DNA of 63,434 nt, the filler included, from Chrysochromulina tobinii (Eukaryota), in the NCBI GenBank assembly GCA_001275005.1. It is 6 parts of 6 records of this genome, joined end to end, with 100 filler letters (N's around TTAATTAATTAA, not from the genome) between each part and the next. Parts side by side here need not be neighbours in the genome. Positions count along the whole stretch, not along the records: positions 17,834 to 34,021 come from JWZX01000746.1; 5 more parts are not named here. One strand, written 5' to 3'. Below, in pieces: positions 20,735-31,927 of this stretch; position 1 is the first letter of the stretch, and every line of letters starts with the position of its first letter. The notes under the pieces were generated by a model. The model did not search any database. It had not been told where the DNA came from and saw only the letters and a list, made by a program, of their open reading frames with translations. Both the position numbers and the translations under genes were made by a program.

Positions 20735-23487
20735 ATGCCAACGACGCTCGCCGAACTCTACCGACACGCCACGGATCACTACAACGGCCCGTGCCTGTCA
20801 GGAGATACTCGCGCGTGCAGCCGTGCAGCGGCCCTCTTTGAGCTCGGCAGACGATACGCTACCACTCACGACGGCCCTGCCAGCATGTTTGAGCGAGGCC
20901 ACAACTGGGCAAAGCACGGGCACGCGCTGCACGTGGCCAATCGCACCGTGCGCGCCACGTGCGTCCTGAGCGTCACCGAGCACAATCGTGGCCGACTCGT
21001 CCACTCGCTCGCCCTCCTGGGGCGCTGCTTGGCTGCCGCCCGTGTGCTCCACGTGCAAGGTGCGGCTCCCGATGAGCTCTTGATCAGCCGTGCGGCTGTG
21101 TTGCTGCAATCGACGGTGCTGCCGCGTCACGAGGGGGCGTGCGCGGCGATGCTCCGTCGATCCGACCACCGGAGCATCGTAGCGTGCGGGTGGCTGCTGC
21201 GGACGACCTTTGAGCTGTGCCGGCTGCATGGTGCTCAGTTGCGCGTGCGCTTGTTCGTCCAGCCAGTTGGAGAGCACGAGCTACAGGGAGCATTTGAGAG
21301 CGTGCGCGCGCTGGGCGCCGTGGTCCAACGTGTATGCCCGGGCGCCACCACCGAGGCCATCACCGAGGCCACCAGCATACCCTCGGCCGCGCTGCACGTG
21401 AGTCGAGCGCACATACTCATGATCGTCGCCGAGAGCGGTTCGTGGGTGACGACCGTCGCCACACCCGCAGCGCTGGTGGCGCTGAGCCGCCGCTGGCTCG
21501 CACCAGGTGGTGCGCTGCTTTGCGTGGGAAGTTGTGCGACTGCCGCCGCCGCTGCCGGTGGCTGCCACGGCCTGCGCGTCGCAGCCGAGCAGGCCTCGAA
21601 AGCCGCAGACGAATCTGACGAAACACCGGACGGGCACAAGGAGGAGGCCTCGAAAGCCGATGTGGGCACGGCGGCGGAGGCCGTGACGGCACGGGCGGTG
21701 ACGCCACAGGCCGAGGAGGGTAGCGCCGAGTACGAGGCGACGCGCTGGCAAGGGCTGCTTGGGCTCGGGTGCATCGACTTGCGCCGCCCTGAGCACGACG
21801 GCTCTATAGCCGATGCCGACACGGCCAAAGAATACTCGCAGGCCACTGCGAGGAAGCCGCCACCGCCGCTAATGGTGCCGTCGCCCTCAGCGCCACCACT
21901 AGCCTTCCTCATCGTCGAACCGATCGGTGCGGAGGCGGCGGCACTCGTGTGGCCTCTCGAGCAGCCGCCGCCGCCGCAGCAGCAGCAGCCGCAGCCGCAG
22001 CCGCAGCCGCAGCCGCCGTCGCCGCCGCAGCCGCCGCAGCAGCAGCACGAGCAGCAGGAGCGGCAGCAGCAGGGGCAGCAGGAGGAGCGACAGCAGCAGA
22101 AACAGGGCGTTCCTCGCCAGCCCGGCACGTGCGCGCCCGGTGGCGAGGCTTATCCAGGAGTGGCTCTGGAGCCATGGGCGGCACGCACATTTGTGATCGC
22201 GTCGCCGAAGCGCTCACCCCGATGGGAAATGTCGAGTTTGAGGACAACCGAGGCGGTGGGGGCGAGGGCGAGGGCGGAGGCGGCAACCGAGGATTTCGTC
22301 ACGGCCGATACGGTGCGATCCGAGGCAGCCGTTACAATGGTGCCGGCTGTCCTTGCTGCCGAGCTGCCACCTGCGTTTCTCAACTGGGCCTTCCACACGA
22401 TGGTGGACGATGCCTTGGCGCGGCCTTCCACTGATCACGATTACGGCGCTCATTCTGCTGGAGTGATGATTGGCCACTTGGCCGCTTGGGAGGCGGGCGC
22501 ATTGGCGCTCGATTCAGCGCTCGAGGCAGCCGGTGCGAGGGCCAAGGAGACCGATTCGGCGGTTACAAAGCCGTTACGAAAGGAGACCGATTCGGACGAC
22601 GTTCACATTCACAAGGAGTCCGATTCGGACGACGTGGCGGAGACGAGGGGCGCTACGGTGAGCGCTACGGTGGCGGTGCTGGGGGAGATGACCATCGCGC
22701 CAGTGACACCGACGGGGCGGCGGCATGAGCCGTCGACGCAGCACGCCATGGCCGTCAAGGACGCCGAGCTCGAGGCGGCCTTGCGCGAGGCGGCCCATGA
22801 CTGGATGGATTGGCGAATCTGGAGGGCGCGAGATCGGAAGCGCCCGCCGCCCCGGAGGGCACCGAAGCCGTTAGAGCGCGAGTCTGCAGGACGCGAGCCA
22901 GTGCCATCCACCGAGCTGTCGCCGCCCTCTGCTGCTGAGCGCTTGCGCCCTCGCCCCGAATACATAGTGGTCATGGAGGATGACGCCTCGCGCACGCCGG
23001 CCTATGGGCGAGACCCATTGGGGCGTGTCGAGCGCTTCTCTCTCGAGGCGTTAGTCGAGGAGCTGGAGGACGTCGATGGCGCGTGGGATTTGATCGTGCT
23101 CCATGAGCTACCGCCACATCGGATGCTCGATCTGATCGATCTCGCGCATGCTCCCGAGCTGACCTCGGCTGAGCTCCGACGCCCTGCGGCCCTCGCCACG
23201 CCACGCCTTCTCCGTGTGCCGCCCACACACAAGGCCGTAGCATGGGTGCTCTCCGGCCGCTTCGTGCGTCGGCTACTGGCCGCGCAGGCTCAGCGCCCCT
23301 TTTTGGGGCCTGTGGACGTGTGGGCGTGGCGCGTCAGACAGCCAGGCGGCGGCCCCGTGCGAGCGTACGCGCCGCTGCTGCCCTGGATTGAGGAGGAGCC
23401 CTCGTGTGCATCGCACCACGCGGGATACCACCACGACGCGCAGCAAGACGCCGCGGCGACACCGCAGCAGCAGCAGCGGCAGCAGCG

Positions 23488-23520
<33 letters not shown>

Positions 23521-23587
23521 TTCTTGCCCGGCATCGCTGCCACGCCTCGTGCAGGAGTGGTGCGGGCGCGTGCTCACTGCAATCTAG
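20735..23587 (+). CDS. Large low-complexity protein with C-terminal glycosyltransferase family 25-like domain
   Basis: 'GVMIGHLAAWE', 'YIVVMEDDA', 'WDLIVL', 'AVAWVLSGRFVRRLL', 'GPVDVW'; polyQ/P tracts. Introns are possible. Confidence 0.6.
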
Positions 23588-23703
23588 GATTTCAGCACAG
23601 TAGGCCCTACTCTGTCTAGTCATCTAAGTGTGGAGTTAGATTCACCTTGACCTTCTACGACTTCGCCTCACGTCGGCCGTGTACTCTCACAGCAAGGTCC
23701 TAC

Positions 23704-24024
23704 TCACGGCGAGATGGATCGCATCAAGTCTTTGTGGATGATAACCGGGGCCGAAAAAGCAAGAGGAGCATTCATACCTAGGTGGCGGTAGTTGTGCCAC
23801 TCTGTGGTCTCCTTTGGAATGATCGAGCTGGGAAGAGGCAAAGGCTCCCACATTCTTCCAGCGCCGCCATGTGAGAAGCCGCCGCAGTTCGCGGGTGGAG
23901 GCGCAACGTCAGGTTTCGGCTTCCACTGCGGTATGGTTCCGTACACACCGCCGCCACCAGTGTGCCGTGAGAACGTGGTCTTCATCACAAAGGCCTGGTC
24001 GAGCGGCATCGGACGAGCACTCAC
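23704..24024 (-). CDS. Small hypothetical protein (possibly a terminal exon)
   Basis: 106-aa open frame with a plausible composition and no recognised domain; the true start is uncertain. Confidence 0.35.
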   Translation of the reverse strand: MSARPMPLDQAFVMKTTFSRHTGGGGVYGTIPQWKPKPDVAPPPANCGGFSHGGAGRMWEPLPLPSSIIPKETTEWHNYRHLGMNAPLAFSAPVIIHKDLMRSISP

Positions 24025-24582
24025 AAAGTTGAGCGAACGGTTTCGTCGACAGCCCTCATCTCTGCTAGGTCAAGGCCAGTCAAGTCAAGTCATCCTTACC
24101 CCCTCTTTCTCTTCCCCCTTCTCTTGCTTGAGCGGCCGATCTTGAGCCGATTTCCTCTTCGTCGTAAGAGTGGCGCTCATCGGCTGTCGAAATCGCGCCC
24201 ACTTCTCGTCTTCTCCTCACCTAGAACCCTGAGGCCGTGAGGCGTGACAGGGCGCGGTACTCTGCTGTCAGCACATATGACGTGTTGCCTCACTATTGAT
24301 CCCCCTCTGCCATCTCCATCGACCCTCCCTAACAAGCTGGCTTCCGGAGCACATTCAATAGGCTTCCGTATGGTTGTCTGTTGTTTATGTATAGACTTGA
24401 CTTGACTCTTGACACTTGACTTGAAGAGTGTAACGGCTGATGTGCGTGGTCATCAACACTCTTCGGGGACAGCGGCAGCCGCTGTTGTGGCCACAGCCAC
24501 CGACGAGACACATGCCGTTCAAAGCCAGCAGCGTACCCTTTGGAAAATGTGCGTGTAAATTTCTGCAGCAGATGAATCAGAT

Positions 24583-25780
24583 TTGGTGGGACCCAGAGCG
24601 GTGCAACCCACGCCCGTGCCCAACTGGCTGGTCGCGAGGGTCAAGGCAGCCTCAGACGCGGACACGAGGGTCAAGGCAGCCTCAGACGCGGACACCTCGA
24701 GACTTTGCTTGATTACAAGTATAGTAATGCTCGAGAGACGCAACGGCGTCGCCGGGTTGCTCCATGGGCATCTGCGGTCAACAATGAGCAGCAAGGACCA
24801 AGAGGGGCGGCGTCATCATGTACGCCGCCACATCGCTGGGGCGCAAGCTGGGGCTGCACGACTCAAGCTGGGGCTGCACGACTCCATCTTCAGTGGCTTG
24901 CGCCACGGGGAGTACCCACAGGCACAAAAGCCACGCTGGGGCCTGAGATCTCGGCGCTGGCTGCTGAGGCACGAGGCGCAGCACGTCAAGGGCGACGCGG
25001 CGGCCTTCACGGGCTTCGAGTGCCCGACACGTACAAGTCTCGGACGAGGCGGTAGTGTGATGGCTATTACCCGCTGCGACTCCGCCAGCGCGACCTCAAA
25101 AAGGCAGAAGCAGTAGGCCCACTTGTGGCTGGCGACGGCACCACGTTCCGCCTCCGGGGGGACGACCAGCCCTCTCTGCCGCGCATGTTTCAAGAGATGC
25201 CCGGCCGCAAGTACCTAGTACCACCACTTTAGCCACGTGCAGAACATGAAGCTGCAAGAGAAGAGTGGGATCGCGAGCACAAAGCGTGCCGTCGCCGTAG
25301 CCACTTCACGCGTGCGCCTCCTGCTCTTCTTCGGCGGCCTTCACGGGCTTCGAGTGCCCGGAGGCCGGCTGCACCTTCAAGGACCCAGCAACAAGCGCGG
25401 CCGTGTGGGCGCACGCGGCCGAGGCGCACGGCATCGAGGAGGACAAGCGCCGCTGCCTCTGGGCGGGGTGCGGTCGGCACTTTGCCAAACCCTTTGAATA
25501 CCGAGCGCACGAAGGCGTGCACACGGGCGCCGTCTCAGACAGAAACGGCTGCGGCCTTGCGCCAGCTGAGTTTTGTTGCCGGCACTTTGCCAAACCCTTT
25601 GAATACCGAGCGCACGAAGGCGTGCACACGGGCGCCGTCTCAGACAGAAACGGCTGCGGCCTTGCGCCAGCTGAGTTTTGTTGCCGCAGAGCGTTCGCAC
25701 CACTGTCTACTGGCGACTGGCGACTGGCAAGTACTGTGGAAACTGGGAACTGGCTCATCAAGATTGACGCAATGGAATGA
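24583..25780 (+). pseudogene. Frameshifted C2H2 zinc-finger gene remnant with internal tandem duplications
   Basis: 'CPEAGCTF...VWAHAAEAHG' and 'CLWAGCGRHFAKPFEYRAHEGVHTG' C2H2 fingers. Perfect duplications of 30 bp (24635-24695), 20 bp (24844-24883) and 105 bp (25475-25686). Confidence 0.55.
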
Positions 25781-26048
25781 GGCTCAAACTGGATTGGCTC
25801 ATGCTCAGAAGCTCAGCTTCGGAACCTGCGCACGCTTGACGCTATGCGCGTGGGAATCGATGGTGCCACTGGAACAAGCCCGCGCCCACCTGGTGACGAG
25901 AACGACTCCGACCAACCTTCAATAACTTCCCCTTCCCCACCTTCCCCACACTCCCCTCCTTCCCCCCCTCCCCCTTTCCTAATTTGCATCTGACCACTAT
26001 CAATAGGGCTCAAAAGTTCGGTCTCAAGCCGCGCGGCGCAACGGGGAG

Positions 26049-26981
26049 ATGCAGACGGCGGAGGTCATCGCAACGCCGAGACAGACCGCTGCCGGGAAGG
26101 TCGTCGTGCTGACAGGTGGCACGACAGGCCTTGGTGTTGGCCTTCTCAGCGCTTGCCTTGAGGCTGATAAGATCTACCTCCTCTGTCGCAGCCTTGAGAA
26201 GGGCGCACAACTCGTGGCGCAATATCCCGAGGCAAGAATCGAGTTGGTGCGATGCGAGCTTTCACGAATGGCGGACGTGAAGGCTGCAGCCGAGGTCTTG
26301 TGCGCCGCGGGCAGGAAGATCGATTGGGTGTTTCTCAATGCGGGCTTGATCTCCGGCAGCACGCTGCGCAAGACCGATGAGGGCATCGAGGAGACGCTTG
26401 CCGTTAACGTCTGCTCCGCGTATCTCTTAGCGCGGCTCCTCGTGCCGCAGCTTGCCGATGAGGCGAGGCTCATATTCACGGGCAGCGAGGCCGGGAAAGT
26501 GGTCAAGTACACGGTGGATCTCGATGCCATGCAGGGTGAGCACGGCATGGGCGTTGCCGGCTTCATCCAGTATGCGAAGACCAAAACGCTGATGCATCAG
26601 ATCGCCGGCGCGCTCTCCGACAAGCTTGATGCCCTGGGCGTCAAGGCGCATGTGAGCGCGTGGCACCCAGGAGCGGTGAAGACTGGGATGGCCAATAATG
26701 TCTCACCATGGCTCGCTAAGGCTATCAAATTCGCGTTTGCTTTCGTCTTCCGCACCCCCGCCACGGCCGCGGCCTTTGGAATGCATCTGGCCACCGCGCC
26801 ACAGCCGCTTCATCGCGGCTGGATCTCCGATGGCGATATGGGCCAGCCAAAGGATGTGAGCCAAAAGGTCATTCCGGGCGCAGAGGACCCGGAGCGGTGC
26901 GCGCAAACGTGGGCGGCCATCGAGGCTCTCGTCGCCACTGCCCTGGGCGGCTCGGAAAACGTGCCGCCTCTCGGCAAGTAA
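26049..26981 (+). CDS. Short-chain dehydrogenase/reductase (retinol dehydrogenase/WWOX-like)
   Basis: TGGTTGLG, NAG, YAKTK (YxxxK), HPGAVKT. Confidence 0.92.
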   Translation: MQTAEVIATPRQTAAGKVVVLTGGTTGLGVGLLSACLEADKIYLLCRSLEKGAQLVAQYPEARIELVRCELSRMADVKAAAEVLCAAGRKIDWVFLNAGLISGSTLRKTDEGIEETLAVNVCSAYLLARLLVPQLADEARLIFTGSEAGKVVKYTVDLDAMQGEHGMGVAGFIQYAKTKTLMHQIAGALSDKLDALGVKAHVSAWHPGAVKTGMANNVSPWLAKAIKFAFAFVFRTPATAAAFGMHLATAPQPLHRGWISDGDMGQPKDVSQKVIPGAEDPERCAQTWAAIEALVATALGGSENVPPLGK

Positions 26982-27217
26982 ACGCCCATCCCACACGCGC
27001 TGGCCCGTGCTTCCTGTGGGTGGGGTGTTTTCAAGGGCGATGCATCAGCTGCGCGCCTTTGGTCATGCTCTGTATTTGCGGGTTGCAGGCCGCGGCTCCG
27101 GCTGAAAAGCGGAAAAGCTGGTCGCGCACGGCGAGCTGAGCGCGCTTCTAGACCTTTCCGAGTTCGTAATGGTTAAAAGCTAATTATACCAGACAGTGGA
27201 CGGTGCTATTAACAGCA

Positions 27218-30049
27218 TCAGTCCGGTTGTGACGCCAGCCTCTCAGCCGCCCGGTCGATGTCGCCACTGGTCGCGACGAGCGCGCTGCCGGCCGCCTCCG
27301 TGTCGAAGCCCATCTCGCGGAGCACGGCGATCTCGGCAGCATAGGCCGTCACGTAGGGCGCAGGAGCTCGCGCCGCGGCCTCGGCGGCCTCGACCACTCG
27401 AACCGCCTCGACTGCGGCGATTGCGGCTGCCACCTCGGCTGCCTCCTGCGCGTCGGCATACGAGATCGAGGGGGAGATCGAGGGGGAGCCCACGAGATCG
27501 AGCGAGATCGCGCGCCTGACCGCGGCGGCGGCGGAGCCCGCCGCGGGAGATCGAGAGAGATCGTAGCCCGCCGCGGGTCCCTCGAGGGAGATGGCGCGCG
27601 TCGCGTTGGGCGCTCCGCCTGTGCTTCCGAGCATGCGAGCCGCGCCACGATGGCCAGTGGCGCCCCAGTGGCCGCCCACCACAGCGCCTCCTTTGAGGGG
27701 CATCACGTCGCTCATCGGGAAGCCCGCGCTTCGCATCGCCGCGCGGGTGCAGTAGCGCGGGTCGCGTGCAAACTGCTCCGCAGTCACCCAGGCGGTGGAC
27801 GACATTGATGCGTACGCGCCGCGGCTGCCGCTGGCTGCGGCTCCGATCGGTGTACAGGCGGTTGCCGCAGCGCCTTCCCATGCAGCCGTCTCGGCGCCGG
27901 TTAGAGGCCAGGCCGCGGCAGCCACCATTGCGTCTGTATCGAGGGGCAGCACACTGCTGCTCCCCAGGTAGCTCGATGGGTAGCACACCACTCGCTCCGT
28001 GCCTGGCAGCAAGACCAGAGAAGGCTTGAGCGTGCGCGGCATGTCCGTGTTGGCTCGTAACGTACCTGTGGGGAAGGGTATGGCGCCGTGGTGAGCACTC
28101 GTATGCTAGGCCAGAGACGGCTTGAGCGTGCGCTCAACACGGCGCGGCGGATCCGTGCTGGCTCGTCGCGTACGCAATTCGGACTCAAGGCGTTGATGGA
28201 GGCCGGGCAAGGCTCCGGCGGGCCCGGCGGCGACTATGGTCGCGTAGAGAGTGGTGAGCTGCGCCTTGGGCGCCGTGTCGATGGCAGCGGTCAGCAGGCT
28301 GATAGCACCGACGCCGACGCCGACGCCGCCGTCGCCGCCGCCGCCGCCGCCAGCTGTGCATTGCGCCGCGCCGTCCCAGGCAAAGTTTTCGGCGGCGGCA
28401 GGGCGTTGCACGACAGCGGCGCCGCCAACGGCCAGCGCCGGCGCCGGCGCCGCCACCGCCACCGCCACCGCCGCCGTGATCGGGGCGGTGGCGGCGACGG
28501 CCTTCGGGGCCACAAAGAGCTGCTCAAGCGCCAAGAAGCGTTGCTCGGCGACATCCCACTTGGAGCCGCTCGGTGCCACCAGCCGGCACTTGGCCATCTG
28601 CGCCTCGTCGTGCGAGATCGGCCGGCGCTCGACCGAGACGGCGCGCACGTAGCAGTGGTCGCGCAGCAGCCATGCGAGGTCGGCTCCTCGCCGGCGTGTG
28701 CTCGAGACGGCGTTCCCGAGTGTGCTCGAGACGGCGCTCCCGAGTGTGCTCGATACGGCGCTCCTGAGTGTGCGGTCGGTGCTCGAGTCGGCGCTCGCGC
28801 CCGCGGCGACGCTCGTGCCGCCGGCAGTCGCGCCGCCGGCGCCTGCGAGGGAGGACCTGGCGGCCTGGGCGGCGGCAGTCGCGCCCACGACAGCGCCTCT
28901 CACAAGCTCCAGCGAGGCGGTGGTGCCCGCGACGGCGGTGGTGCCCGCGACGGCGCCCACGCCCGCAACGGCGCCTGCGCCCGCAACGGCGCGCACTCCT
29001 GCCATCGCCTCGATTGCCGCAGCTGCGTCGGCGGCGGCCGATGAGGCGCTGTCGTGGGCGCTCTTGCTGCCGCTGCGGATGCCGCCACCGCCTTGCAGCC
29101 CCGAGCCACCGACGGTTGCGGACTCACCGTTGCCACCTCGATTTCGGCCATTCAAGCGACGCAACGTGTCCGCCTCGTCCTCGTCCTCCTCGTCGTCCTC
29201 TGCCCTCGCCGCTGCCGCAGCGAGGGCGGCTGAGAGGGGTGCATTCGGAGGCAGCTCGCGCGCAGTCGCGGCGAGGTACTCGACCGCGTGCCGCAGGCTC
29301 GCGACCGGCTGTGCTCGCTGCGCACGCGGCGGCGGCAAGCGCTCCCCATCCATGACGCAGGCAACGCACACGCTTTCCAATCCAAAGAAGATGACCGTGC
29401 CGGTGGACTTGCCCGCGCGGCGGAGGGTCGCGCAGGCCTCGTCGGCGAGCTGCACGCGCGCGGCGCCGCGCTCAAACAGCGAGCGCAGCGTAGGCTCCAG
29501 ATCACTCTCGCGGTCACTCACCGCCGACACCACCACCACGTCGGCGCCCCGCAGAGGGCACGCGCCAGTGAGGCCGAGCGAACGGAGTGCGTCACCCACG
29601 GCTGCGTCGGCGGCATCGGCGGCCGCCTTGTCGATCAGCTGGCTCGAGGCCGTCGGCCGAGCGTCGCGCGCAAAGCCCACAAGGCTGCGGAAGGAGCTCA
29701 GCTGCAAGATCAGCGGGCTCTCGAGCCGCGCGGTGCGCCGGTACGCGGCGCGCCAGCCGTGCTGGTTGACAGTTCTCGGGACGACGACGTTGGCCCAGCT
29801 GCGTCTCTCAAACAATGGGCGCCAGATGTCATCCTCGCCGGCGAACGCGTCGGGTGCGCGGCCACACTCAGAGAAGCGCAGCACCGAAGTGAGCGACAAA
29901 AAGGAGAGGACGTGCACGAGCAGCTCCATCGGCAGCGCCAGCAGGTGGCCACTGCCGCCCGACCCGAGAGCCGCGGTGAGCGTCCTCTCCTCACGAGCTG
30001 CCTGCGCGGCAGCCAAGGCCGATCCCGCGGCTCGGCGTGGGGTCGACAT
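27218..30049 (-). CDS. F-box + divergent actin-fold + UBA protein; two exons (30049-28174, 28065-27218)
   Basis: F-box 'LLALPMELLVHVLSFL'. Actin-like motifs 'LVGFARDARP', 'AGKSTGTVI', 'HCYV', 'EQRFLALEQLF', 'LYATIVAAG...PGLHQRL', and after the intron 'AWEGAA', 'WVTAEQF'. UBA 'LREMGF...ALVATSGDIDRAAERL'. A 108-nt GT...CAG intron (28173-28066) restores the frame. Confidence 0.75.
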
Positions 30050-30849
30050 GAGGGATTGTTTTCCCCACGAAAAGTCCTGTTCTCGCCTGTGGCTGTGGCG
30101 GGCTTGTGCAGCGGCCTTGGAAACAAAAGCTCGGAACGACGCTACGCATGCAAGTGGGGGAAGAGGGGGAAAGGGGGGATTCAGGTTGGGGTGCGAGATC
30201 GATCCGTATACGGAGCCCACGCACCGAAAAGGGAAGGGGGGGAGGGAGGGGTCCCTAGTATTCTCCAGGCGATCGAAAGACCATCTTGACCACGGCGAGT
30301 CACTCCTCCGAGTATCCAACCATCTCGCATAAGAACTGCTCCCCTAGCACCTCAGCACTCGCCTTGCCGCCGTTGGCCATCTGAGGGCCATGGCTGGCCA
30401 CCGTCGCCTTGCCGCCGGCCACCTGAGGCCGCGGCCTCGTGCCTCGCCACGAAGCACGATCGCGTCGGACCGCACAAAGACCGCGAGGGGCTCGGCGAGC
30501 GATGGGGCGTCCACACACGCGGCAGCGCGCGCCGCAAGCCGCGGCGCGAACTCCGCGTCGAGCATTGTGAGGCGCTCGCCACACAGCTCAAAGAGCGCCG
30601 CCACCGCATCGGCTGCATTGGTCGGCTGCGAGTGCCCCGCATGCGCGCGCGGCCTTTTCGAGTGCCGACCGAGCCAGCTCCAGCTGCGACTGCTCCGCAA
30701 GCGCCTCGCTCCAGCGCACCGCCTCGCTCACGGGCGCCGTGTGCGGCTCCGAGAACCCGAATTCGCCGTGAGTGCCACACCCAGCAAGTGCCCATCTCCG
30801 AGTGGCAGCCCCAAGGCGGTTTTCATGGCCTTCATCGTTGACTGCAAAA

Positions 30850-31860
30850 TAGGCACCGCCACCTCCGTTGCGGCTGCGGCAGAATTGTCTTGCCTTGCCT
30901 CCATCTCCGCCATCGCCATCGAAGCGCCTGCGCGTCTCACAGCCTGTACGTCTCACAGCCTGTACCCCCTTTGGTCCAAGTGCTGCTTGTTTCAGAACAC
31001 TCACGCCGCTCTGAATGGCCATCTGTGATGGCGGCATCGTCCAAATCTCGTTGTCGTCCTCCTCTCCACTAGAAACAAGGTCGATGGAACCACCGCCCGC
31101 CACAGGGAACGCGATCCGCGGGGCCGGCGGTGGCGGCGGCGCAGGGCGCATGAAGAGCTCACTGACACATCCATCAATGAGCATGAGGGCCCATGCAATA
31201 GCCACCAGGCCCTTTGTCCGATACGAATTGGTTGCATTTATGCGCGAAGGTGCACGTGCCGTCGGGCTTGAGATTTTGCACGGCCGGCCACCATTGAAGT
31301 CGGGGCAAGGCTTCTTGCTTTTGCTGCCCCTCGGCCGGAAGGCGTGTTACTGGCGTAGTGGCTCAGCATCCAGAAGTTGGGGTCGTCGTCAACGTGGGAA
31401 CGGTACAGCTTGCCCTCGAAAAAGGCTACCCCTCCATCACCACCTCCACTGGATCATATGCTTCGATCCACAGAAGGTGTCTCGCTGAGTGCCTCTCTCG
31501 CGACGCACGAGCGCGATATGCGCGTGTCCGCAACGATGAGTATACGTCGTGAGAAATTGTGCGACGTAGATGATCTCGGCCCGTACGAACGTGGCGATGA
31601 AGTTGAGAATACCCGCCATCTTGAGGAAGATCAAGTTGCACTCCTCGAACTCGCGGTCGTCAACGGGCTCTCGGCATGAGTAAGTTACCACGCGTCCGAG
31701 CAACCAGATGATTGCCCAGCGTATGCCTCTCGACCTGCGCCCGCCGCCCTTGGAATCCAGACTGTTGGTGAGCTCCGGGGTCAAGAAGGATTCCGGTTGG
31801 GTACGGGGTTAAGGTACGGGGTTGGTTCAGCGAGTGTTCAGCGTTGAAAACCGTTACCAA
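30850..31860 (-). mobile_element. Highly degenerate Ty1/copia-like RT-RNase H remnant
   Basis: 'MAGILNFIATFVRAEIIYVAQFLTTYTHRCGHAH' resembles copia RT 'VGSL.Y....RPDI.YAV..L'; the downstream 'DNSAA' resembles the copia RNase H motif. Multiple stops and frameshifts. Confidence 0.35.
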
Positions 31861-31927
31861 AGGAAACCCAAGGCGCTTCCTGGCGCTTCCCAGAATTCTC
31901 TTGGACCAGACGCCCCGCACGAGCGCG

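Noticed and set aside
28698..30332. Long antisense ORFs (also 50002-51723, 11819-12787, 28088-29044 and others)
   Set aside because: These are shadow frames of GC-rich genes on the opposite strand, with no independent domain signal.
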